IMG/VR virus record: IMGVR_UViG_3300024261_000005
Direction: 5' to 3' (one strand)
Length of the DNA: 64,000 bases
Source: a virus
In this document: positions 31,301 through 38,627 of the stretch, piece after piece
Position numbering within the stretch: the stretch's first letter is position 1
Layout of the letters: every line of letters starts with the position of its first letter
Notes under the pieces: model-generated
What the model saw: only the letters and a program-made list of their open reading frames with translations
What the model was told of the DNA's origin: nothing
Database searches by the model: none
Translations under genes and position numbers: made by a program

Positions 31301-32789
31301 CATCAACTTGAGTCAAGTTGCTTGCAGCACTTCTCTTCAGGAAGTTCTGTCCATACCCCTTGTACGAAAGCGCAGCAACACCTAATCCTAAAAACAGACT
31401 AGTAGAGGTATCTGTGAATCCCGGAAGCACACCCTCTATACCTCGCTTGAGATAGGACATCCCTGTGATTTGCCCAAGGTAAGATCTGCCAACATCTACA
31501 TTTACTGCTGTAGTGGCAAGCCCTTCGATAACACCTTTGTCAAATCCTGGCATTAGCATTTGTGCTAAGAATGCAGCACCACCAACTTTCATTGGAGCGA
31601 TCTTTGGACTGCCTTTCGCCATCTTACTGTACAGATAGCCAACTCCAGCAGCAACTCCAGCAGAAGCAACTGCATTCCCACCAAGACCATAATTCCTTCT
31701 ATAGTGGTCTATAGTTTGCAACCCTATAGCTGCTGCACCAATTTTACTTGCCTTGTAGCCTATTTCAAAGAACTGCTTATAAAACGGTCCAGGCTTCGTG
31801 GAGAGACCCAGACCTGTAGCTTCCCCAAAGTCTCCTAGTACTTTTCCAAAAACTGGTATCTGTTCTTTCGTTGCTGATATCAGCCTATTAAATCTGTTGA
31901 GTCCTGTTGAAAGGTAAGCTGTTGCAAGCGAGGTGCGTCTTCTCAAATCGCCAAGCGTTGAGAAGGCTCCTCTTGTTGAAGCTACCAGACCTAAGCGCTC
32001 AACGCTTCCATCGCTACCCTTGAATACATCGTCAAAGATAACCTCTGGTATATCAAGGTTTTGAAGAGACCCCTGATATGCAGGATTGATTTTTCCACTA
32101 ATATCAAGGTCTTCTATCTTATCGTATAAATCCGCACCATATCTTAAGTTTTGAACTGCTACATCTTCCGAAAGCAGTTTAGCACTTCCTGATTTAACTC
32201 GTTTGGAAATTTTAGTTCCAGTTATTTTTCCTGCGGCATCGACTTCATCTTCTGTAAAATCTTCGAGCTGCTCAAAGATTAATCGGCCACGCCCTCTTTG
32301 ATCCGCTTTCTGCTCATAAGTTAACTTAAAAGTCTCATCATCTTGTGTGCTTAGGTGCGTTGTTATCTGACTGTAAGCGTCTTCCCCAACAAGCTCTCTT
32401 ACAACTTTTTGTGTACTTTGCGTATGTAAGGAATCGGCCGAATAGGTATATTTAAAAGTTTCGCTTCCATCAAATCCTGAGATGCCCTTCTCCATGCCCA
32501 GTGCATCTGGAGAGGCATACGGACTCATGAACTCAGGTATTCTGAAAGTATTAGCAAACCCAAATGGGGTTTTGTTTGCTAGGTTCCTGATCTGCGCTTG
32601 AAAGATATCATACTTAGTATATCTAGCATCGGCACTCCCCCCATAAGGGGAGTGCATCATGTATTTTGCTGCACCTATACCGACAGCATACGGGGTTAAA
32701 GATAGCGCCCCCTCAATTAGTGGGTGCATCTCTGGCTCAGCAGCTACCGCTGAATAGAAAATACTTCCTGGTCCTTGCTGAGTAAACAT
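28395..32789 (-). CDS. Tape-measure-like / ejected virion protein
   Basis: 1464 aa directly after the tail chaperones, with several Gly/Ala-rich hydrophobic helices and no recognisable catalytic motif. Confidence 0.55.
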   Translation of the reverse strand: MFTQQGPGSIFYSAVAAEPEMHPLIEGALSLTPYAVGIGAAKYMMHSPYGGSADARYTKYDIFQAQIRNLANKTPFGFANTFRIPEFMSPYASPDALGMEKGISGFDGSETFKYTYSADSLHTQSTQKVVRELVGEDAYSQITTHLSTQDDETFKLTYEQKADQRGRGRLIFEQLEDFTEDEVDAAGKITGTKISKRVKSGSAKLLSEDVAVQNLRYGADLYDKIEDLDISGKINPAYQGSLQNLDIPEVIFDDVFKGSDGSVERLGLVASTRGAFSTLGDLRRRTSLATAYLSTGLNRFNRLISATKEQIPVFGKVLGDFGEATGLGLSTKPGPFYKQFFEIGYKASKIGAAAIGLQTIDHYRRNYGLGGNAVASAGVAAGVGYLYSKMAKGSPKIAPMKVGGAAFLAQMLMPGFDKGVIEGLATTAVNVDVGRSYLGQITGMSYLKRGIEGVLPGFTDTSTSLFLGLGVAALSYKGYGQNFLKRSAASNLTQVDEFASKLLPQLVKDRVGFVSGASGDIKIPLTKAQINASEVYDALTPVKIGGEFNETFQKYNPLAKELGGISETSPQYMDYTRRVNDILDGKGKADLSKTQTKDLMNFFNKNKDLFKGAGITDTSEIEKRILDFNYSMDAKVGSAFFDEYHNKNDLNRSLLDRIEIINNKYQGGSLLDNMLRRTEIFGAEIYHSFFGASMKGEVTRNIGGDEVTKTYDEFAKGLNASPIFRRFGALFLGVAGAHQLLTGGLLGTMENPDELKEIYSGKKLVEIKKGRWWEGGGTPLEGNETSYFRPHAYVSLMTQAKERAVWGDETDEHSPLTRFFLKNFTYHLEEKNYYDRPYPISGAAFEDVPVLGGILSNTIGRIIKPPKLMHEEELSQINSGGVRETAFLQEFGSSSDLGQIGPGTPKSPYSMTSMIGGMQYQFREIEGLTGYTKNYLQKLVTGRETVGTREFMMASSSDMDSAILDYWDMDLGGMAFTSEPIRRMLPRPRSDIEKYNPIANTMPSWMPARYKRGDPYRSIPNGFARMPGKAYEALNPELKGMDPEDYPDVHKYKILSDLSSKSRETMRLRNQLMERRAAGLTTELENRILDNASEAHQKRLASTRDFDYAKNAIKIPVVSDITKSMYQGAESIIRKVTAPVEYLMPGGFRPTQKLLGRTRSAIETYEQERIYGTTNAFWDKHVRDWFRPAFYSAANLMGWDGKPMHVQKREELDEHFDKLQFLKYMKLAQNAENANDKTRYMRMAGQTRTGVNPNGDALGLYLSLPNAEKRFFDSFANASGKDRERILELVPEDQKHLYTSVWNRMDSGEKMSLIGADPKGSIDQNYMFDKLSEVEDHFINQPLPPPDWIGWHKDVDMEDVKVKYIDNSGAETHDYDVWNSQVRRASRRPFLEGSDMFMYENPGPSRNSARNRLVRGMKNSTGLDFSRMLVNTSHAPYENSRAEIYYNDDRSSEILSMLSLAIRG

Positions 32790-32790
32790 A

Positions 32791-33504
32791 CTATCTCCTG
32801 TCTAAGGATTGTAAATCTGATTTACTCAGCTTCTCCTTATTGATTCTAGTCATTTCTTCTTTTAAGAATTCGTTTTCAGCAGCTCTCATCTCCCAATAAC
32901 CTAATTCTTTTTCTAGCATACTAGCATCATTAACATATATACTTTCAGAATTAGCTGGATCTTCTTCTTGTTCTTTAGTTTCTTCATCTTGAATATTATA
33001 CAATTCTTTATATATTTTTTCTAGATCAAGTCTTTGAAACCCAGGTTTAGTTTTAGACAATAAGTTTTCTGCAGCAACAAAGTTTTTAATAAACTGCTTC
33101 TCTGTCATATTGTCTATACACTTTGGTGTCATCGAACTAAAGCCACTAAATACTGTACATCGCATATGCTCATATATGCTGTCCAGAGGGTTTAAAGTTC
33201 TTTCCTTGGCGATGGCCAGTAAGAATTCCTCTCCCTCGTTTTCTCCAGAAAGCTTGTAGATCATTCTTCCAGTTGAGATGGTATACCCAGCCGGAAGATT
33301 AGATGGCAAGTAATCATGCCTACCCAGGTAGCATAGGTTGAACACTTCGTCATGTACAATCAACTCTGGCAGTCCGCTATTTATTAACTTACTGAAGAAA
33401 TTAAATTCTTTTATCTTCAGTAGCCTGAACTCAAATACGCAGAACTCATCTAATGCAATTGAATATAGGTCGCAATCTGATTCTAAGATTTTTTTAAAAT
33501 CCAT
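32791..33504 (-). CDS. Tail assembly chaperone-like protein 2
   Basis: 237 aa. FEFRLLKIKEF...LCYL...LPAG...IYKLSG parallels the upstream chaperone. Lies between the tube genes and the tape-measure locus. Confidence 0.6.
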   Translation of the reverse strand: MDFKKILESDCDLYSIALDEFCVFEFRLLKIKEFNFFSKLINSGLPELIVHDEVFNLCYLGRHDYLPSNLPAGYTISTGRMIYKLSGENEGEEFLLAIAKERTLNPLDSIYEHMRCTVFSGFSSMTPKCIDNMTEKQFIKNFVAAENLLSKTKPGFQRLDLEKIYKELYNIQDEETKEQEEDPANSESIYVNDASMLEKELGYWEMRAAENEFLKEEMTRINKEKLSKSDLQSLDRR

Positions 33505-33518
33505 TGCACGCTACCTTA

Positions 33519-34439
33519 TTATAACTGTGTCGTTAAAAGCATTGCTTGTTGTGGAGTTAAGAAACCTGAGTTCAAAAGAATCATTTGATAAAGCGAATCC
33601 AATATTCCCGCCTTACAATATTCAAGCCATCTCTCATTTACACTCGGCCAGAGAATACAGTATAGTACAACTTTTTCCTTTAGCTTCTCTTCCACTTCTT
33701 CTGGATTCTCACTCTCCCTCATCTTATTCATTATCTCTTTTATCTTCTTCCACTCGCCACGAGTTAAATGATGATAAACATAGACATCGCCTTCTCCAAA
33801 AGCCATTACATGAATTCCATTTTTCCCATACGCTTCTTTCCAAGCCGATATCAATTCTAAGCTTGGAGGGTTGTCTTCGCCCTCAAGCAGTTCTAAAATT
33901 TGATCTTTTAAATCTGTTTGAACAGTAGGTTCTTCTACTGGTTGTGGCTCCACCACAGGCTCTGCAACTTTTGGCTTAATGTTTTCTTCAAGAGCTTTTA
34001 ATTCATCATCAAGATTCATAGAAATCTTCTCCTCAATATTTATATTTTCTTCAATTAAAGTTTTAATAATAGTTTGACTGGGTATTTCCTCCTCCACTTT
34101 TGGTGGTGGCGGAGGAGGCGGTTCTACTGGTTTCTTCCGACTTAAGCGCGCTTTACGCTTTTTTATTGCGGCATCCTTTTTCTTTTTCAATCGATCTTTC
34201 CTAGCAGTTTCAGCTGAAAGCACCTCGTCTTTAGCAGAGGCTGCTTTTTCAATTTCCAATCGCTGATCTTTTTCTTTCTGCGTCTCCTCAGGTATTGGAA
34301 TAAATGCCGTAGGAGGCAGACTTTTTATAATCTGCTCGGCAGTAGGAGAACTTCTTTGTAAGGCGTTAAGAGCTTTTTCATTTAAAGGCTCTCCAAACAT
34401 TACTAAATCTGAATCTAACTTCTTGCCTTTAAGCGCCAT
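33519..34439 (-). CDS. Tail assembly chaperone with low-complexity N-terminal extension
   Basis: 306 aa. C-terminal WKEAYG...YVYHHLTRGEW...CILWP...KAGILDSLYQMILLNSGF is chaperone-like. The N-terminus is Lys- and Pro-rich. Confidence 0.7.
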   Translation of the reverse strand: MALKGKKLDSDLVMFGEPLNEKALNALQRSSPTAEQIIKSLPPTAFIPIPEETQKEKDQRLEIEKAASAKDEVLSAETARKDRLKKKKDAAIKKRKARLSRKKPVEPPPPPPPKVEEEIPSQTIIKTLIEENINIEEKISMNLDDELKALEENIKPKVAEPVVEPQPVEEPTVQTDLKDQILELLEGEDNPPSLELISAWKEAYGKNGIHVMAFGEGDVYVYHHLTRGEWKKIKEIMNKMRESENPEEVEEKLKEKVVLYCILWPSVNERWLEYCKAGILDSLYQMILLNSGFLTPQQAMLLTTQL

Positions 34440-34445
34440 GTAACC

Positions 34446-34916
34446 TCATTTGTTTTTGTATTCTAATGATCTACCTAAAAAACCATATTCTTCTAATATA
34501 ACTTGTTCGGATATTTGTACAGTTTGCCCGCGTGAAATCAAATAACAAGTTTTAATTATTATGTCGCTTTGATCTCCAAAGCTAACCTTAATATCAAATG
34601 CACTTGTTAAGAAACCATTATAAGACATCACGGGGCTTCCCATCGTATTAGCTGGTTCTTTTAGTATGTCTGTTAAGATATAATCTGGTTTGACATAATT
34701 TACAACAAAATTTCCTTGAACAATTTCCCTTCCAGGGAGCATGGCATCGAATTGCGTAGATGCATACCCGTATATTGGTTGCTGAGAGTTCTGAATACTA
34801 TAGCTTATTCCTGCACACTCTAGAACGTCCTGATATTTATGATCACCTGAATCTGCATTACTAAAAGCTATGTTTACATTAGCACCTGAAAAATATTCGT
34901 AATTATAAAAACTCAT
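34446..34916 (-). CDS. Tail tube-family protein (paralog 4)
   Basis: 156 aa. EYFSGANV...GISYSIQNSQQPIYGY...GREIVQGNF...ILEEYGFLGR aligns with the main tube motifs. Confidence 0.7.
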   Translation of the reverse strand: MSFYNYEYFSGANVNIAFSNADSGDHKYQDVLECAGISYSIQNSQQPIYGYASTQFDAMLPGREIVQGNFVVNYVKPDYILTDILKEPANTMGSPVMSYNGFLTSAFDIKVSFGDQSDIIIKTCYLISRGQTVQISEQVILEEYGFLGRSLEYKNK

Positions 34917-34918
34917 GG

Positions 34919-35860
34919 TTAAGCTCCGTATTCATCAAGCAACACCTCTACACTTCCAAATTGATTCGGAGTCCTAGCAGGCTGATTGTTTTTATGCCTA
35001 TTAATTAAGCTTCTATAGTACGGCTCATAAAGTTGGCTGCCCTTGTTATTTTCATACGCTTTAATTATCTCATTACTACTGCTTTTATTTAAATCTGTAA
35101 AAGGGCGTATATCCTGAGCTACAAATTGGCAGACTACTTCAGTTACCATATCATTAACAGAAGTCACAATACCTTCGTTTACGAATTCAACACCCTCTAG
35201 CATCATTGATGCTCCTGGGTCTGCTTGACCATTCCTAGCTACTTCAGTTTGATACCTTAGCATTATATTCATTGGAGATATTAATGTTGATATTTTATTA
35301 TCAAATTTAATCTTGTTCTTACCATGTCCAGAACCAACACCTTTTGTTGTTAAGTCTCTGGACCAACCAACAAGATTACTATAAATGTTAGCAGGATCTT
35401 TTGCGGCCAACATCCTTAATGGATGATCTTCTATTACTAAAAACACTATAGTTCCAGCAATAGTTCTAATACCACGAGTGTATCCAGAGACACCTCTTTC
35501 GCCAATTCTCCTTACGGGAGACTTGGCTTCATGTATCGAAATGGATATCGTAGCCATTTGAGTCATTTTGACGGGAGAGAAAAAGTTTGCATTAGTTTCA
35601 AATGAAGTTTTTAAGCTATCTCGAGTTTTTATTTGTTGCGTTGAGTTTATAGGAAGTGGGAAAAGCGGCGGACCAACTTCAGGTATACTTATTGGTGATC
35701 TTGGCTGAGCCAAATTCCCCTCAAATGAAATCTGAGATTTTCTCTGTGCCTCTAATGTATCTGTTATATGATCCCGTAACCCTTCACTTCCAGGAAAGAA
35801 AGCATAAGCATCACAGTCTGATCCAGAATAGCTATATGTGTAGTCAGCGTTTGAACTCAT
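34919..35860 (-). CDS. Tail tube-family protein (paralog 3)
   Basis: 313 aa. YSYSGSD...ISISIHEAKSPVRRIG...YTRGIRTIAGTIVF...GVEFVNEG...SVNDMVTEVVCQFVA aligns with the main tube. Confidence 0.7.
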   Translation of the reverse strand: MSSNADYTYSYSGSDCDAYAFFPGSEGLRDHITDTLEAQRKSQISFEGNLAQPRSPISIPEVGPPLFPLPINSTQQIKTRDSLKTSFETNANFFSPVKMTQMATISISIHEAKSPVRRIGERGVSGYTRGIRTIAGTIVFLVIEDHPLRMLAAKDPANIYSNLVGWSRDLTTKGVGSGHGKNKIKFDNKISTLISPMNIMLRYQTEVARNGQADPGASMMLEGVEFVNEGIVTSVNDMVTEVVCQFVAQDIRPFTDLNKSSSNEIIKAYENNKGSQLYEPYYRSLINRHKNNQPARTPNQFGSVEVLLDEYGA

Positions 35861-35869
35861 TTGATACTC

Positions 35870-37624
35870 CTACTCTTCATCTGGTACCGCTTCATCACCA
35901 TCATGGCCTCCCGTCAAGTCATCGCTTGTTGGGTCGTTTTGAACTAAAGGGTCTGGATCTATATCGTCGGGGATGCCATCATTATCATCGTCGGAGTCTA
36001 CATTGTCTGGGAAATTGTCGCCATCAGAATCAACAGGTTCTTCGATGCCATCATGGCCACCCGTCAAGTCATCGTCATCAACCTCTCTTGGAACATCAGG
36101 CTGAGGGTCCATTTCATCAATAATGCTATCATTGTCTCGATCAAATGGAAAGTCATCATCTTCATCTGGGATTCCATCACCATCAGTATCGACAGGTTCT
36201 TCAATGCCATCATGGCCACCCGTATCGTCTCTTGCTGGATCATCCTGAATGTTCGGGTTCGGGTCATCTCCATCTAAAAGACCATCGTTATCGTCATCAG
36301 GATCTTGGTTGTCTCCAACCCCGTCGCCATCAGTATCTTGAGATTCATTAGGATTCCCTGGAAGAGCGTCATCTTGATTTAAAATTCCATCTCCGTCATC
36401 GTCCTCATCGTCTTCGAAGACATGGTCATCATCAAAAAGTTCATTTACTTGATCCTCACTTAGTTCGTCCCCAATGTTTAGGTAACCTGGCTCTGAAGTT
36501 AAAATACTGCCAGGGTAACGAGACTCAGGAACTTGCTTGATACTTGAACCACCAGGGCCAGACCCTTCAGATCCATGCAGATCGAAGCTCCTCCAAGGTA
36601 AAATCGTCTTTGCTACGAAATTCAATGAATAAGGCAGAGTCATCGCATCTATACTTAACTCTGTATTAACTGATAATATCTCACATCCATAGATACGCAT
36701 CTGAGCCGACTGGCCGTACTCATTAACAGCCACGATAACAATATCAAAAGGCAATATTTGGTCTAGGTACTCTGGCTTAGCCACAACATAATTATTACCT
36801 AAGTTAGATAAGTCATACTTTTCATCTTGCAGGAATGCATAATTAGTCAAAGACTTACTGTTTACCGTTTTGCTTATCGTTCTTACAGTGGGTTTAAGTG
36901 TTGCGTTATACGCGTCTACTTTTTTATTCCACTCAACTATGTATTTCAGATGATCCTCATAGGCGTCCTCATAATGAAGAAAACTGTTTACAAAGTCTTC
37001 AGCCATCATGATGAAACCACCACTATAAATTAAACTTTCCGCTACTGCCCCTATGCAATCAGTTATCGCTATTTTAACCAAATTGACAAAAGCAGGTACA
37101 GCTGCAAGCCCTCCTGAAAGTATTGAAACTGCTACCGTTTCCATGACTCCAACAATAGCTCCTTTCACACATTCCTCTGCAGCGACACCAAAACTGCCAC
37201 CGGGAAGTACCTTAAAGGAAATGAACACGTCGTATATATATTCCCACTTGCCTCTAGTTTCTGGAGCGTGTCTTCTTCTTAATACAGGCTGGGTTGTCTG
37301 TTGATGCTGAACGGTTTTCTTTTCGTCGAGCTCTCTTAGAAAGAGCTCGTCTTTATCCAAAAGCGCTTTTTCCCCATCAAAAGATTTCATATAGAGAGGG
37401 TCTACATCTAATAATAGTCCCCTTATTATCCCATTGATGCCACGCTTACCTCTAGCAAAGGAAACGGGATCTACTGATCCCATAATATAATTCGGCGCTT
37501 TTTCACGCTGAATCATATAGCTCACATACTGCATGCTACCCACTTGAGCACCATTAATGATAACTCGAATATCAACACCAGAAAATGAACTATATGATTG
37601 CGACAAAGATGTCGACCCAGACAT
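35870..37624 (-). CDS. Tail tube paralog 2 with hydrophobic insertion and C-terminal TSP3-like Ca-binding repeats
   Basis: Start taken at ATG 37624, which has GGAGG upstream. N- and C-terminal tube halves are near-identical to the 300-aa tube. The tail has many DxDxDG / DDDNDG motifs. Confidence 0.8.
   Translation of the reverse strand: MSGSTSLSQSYSSFSGVDIRVIINGAQVGSMQYVSYMIQREKAPNYIMGSVDPVSFARGKRGINGIIRGLLLDVDPLYMKSFDGEKALLDKDELFLRELDEKKTVQHQQTTQPVLRRRHAPETRGKWEYIYDVFISFKVLPGGSFGVAAEECVKGAIVGVMETVAVSILSGGLAAVPAFVNLVKIAITDCIGAVAESLIYSGGFIMMAEDFVNSFLHYEDAYEDHLKYIVEWNKKVDAYNATLKPTVRTISKTVNSKSLTNYAFLQDEKYDLSNLGNNYVVAKPEYLDQILPFDIVIVAVNEYGQSAQMRIYGCEILSVNTELSIDAMTLPYSLNFVAKTILPWRSFDLHGSEGSGPGGSSIKQVPESRYPGSILTSEPGYLNIGDELSEDQVNELFDDDHVFEDDEDDDGDGILNQDDALPGNPNESQDTDGDGVGDNQDPDDDNDGLLDGDDPNPNIQDDPARDDTGGHDGIEEPVDTDGDGIPDEDDDFPFDRDNDSIIDEMDPQPDVPREVDDDDLTGGHDGIEEPVDSDGDNFPDNVDSDDDNDGIPDDIDPDPLVQNDPTSDDLTGGHDGDEAVPDEE
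35873..36430 (-). repeat. Asp-rich TSP3-like repeats with three TGGHDG-containing units about 150-160 bp apart
   Basis: DTDGDGVGD, DDDNDGLLD, DTDGDGIPD, DSDGDNFPD, DDDNDGIPD. The DNA catcatggcc(a/t)cccgt recurs near 35899, 36049 and 36208. Confidence 0.85.
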
Positions 37625-37699
37625 AGAACCTCCACGCAGCAAGAGAAAATATTTTATATATTATCTATAGCACTTATTGCGAGGAGTTATCTATATCAA

Positions 37700-38602
37700 T
37701 TATGAATTATGACTGTATTCGAAGTTAGAGGTTGGAGAGTCATCCCCACCTCTAACTTTTGGATTCTTCTGATTGGCATAAAGCTCATCTCTAGCTGACG
37801 TACCCTTCTCCGAGCCATTCAGTGCAAAGCTTCTCCAAGGTAAAATCGTTCGGCAAACATAAGTCATCTGGTTCTCAATAACGATATCATCAATAGAAAA
37901 ACCAGAACCCTCATTGAGTATTTCACAACCGTAAAGTCGCATCTGAGCCGATTGACCATACTCATTTGCAGCAACAATAGTTACGTCAAATGGTAGTATT
38001 TGATCTACATAAAACACTTTTGCAACGCTATAATTACTACCAAGGTTAGTTAGGTCATATTTTTCTTGCGGATCAAATCTTTGAGTTGGGCCTCCAGAGA
38101 ACGATACACCTGTTCCGGTTGCTCCTGATCGGTTCTTCAAGGCTCTTCCTGCTGCAGTTCCACCAATGGTTTTCAAGCCTACAGTGCCTGTTTCATTATG
38201 TGCCTCATTCAGTGCACTAGTATTAGAACCTGGGAAAACATTTCCACGCCCCGCTTTACGGGAAAGAGCATTTACAGTTGTATTTGCAGCATTTAGATCT
38301 CCACTACCATAACTTGGGAAGATCTCATCCGTGTCGCCAAGATAACGCTCTCCAGCAAATGATGGTGTATAAAGCATATGTACATCCATCATAAGTGAAA
38401 TCATCGTACCAGCAATACCACGCTTACCACGAGAATAAGATACGGGATCAACAGATCCCATAACATAGATAGGTGCCTTCTCACGCTGGATAGCATAAGA
38501 CAATGCTTGCATGCTCCCAGCCTGCTGGCCATTAATTATTACTCGAATATCTACACCTGAATAAGATGTATAGGTTCTACTTAAATCTAATGAAGTTGCC
38601 AT
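37700..38602 (-). CDS. Major tail tube protein
   Basis: 300 aa directly after the sheath gene, with a strong AAGGAG RBS. Motifs TYTSYSGVDI...QREKAPIYVMGS...SRGKRGIAGT...DQILPFDVTI...YGCEILNEGSGFSIDD. Confidence 0.8.
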   Translation of the reverse strand: MATSLDLSRTYTSYSGVDIRVIINGQQAGSMQALSYAIQREKAPIYVMGSVDPVSYSRGKRGIAGTMISLMMDVHMLYTPSFAGERYLGDTDEIFPSYGSGDLNAANTTVNALSRKAGRGNVFPGSNTSALNEAHNETGTVGLKTIGGTAAGRALKNRSGATGTGVSFSGGPTQRFDPQEKYDLTNLGSNYSVAKVFYVDQILPFDVTIVAANEYGQSAQMRLYGCEILNEGSGFSIDDIVIENQMTYVCRTILPWRSFALNGSEKGTSARDELYANQKNPKVRGGDDSPTSNFEYSHNS

Positions 38603-38627
38603 AATATATCTCCTTTATTGTTTTGAA

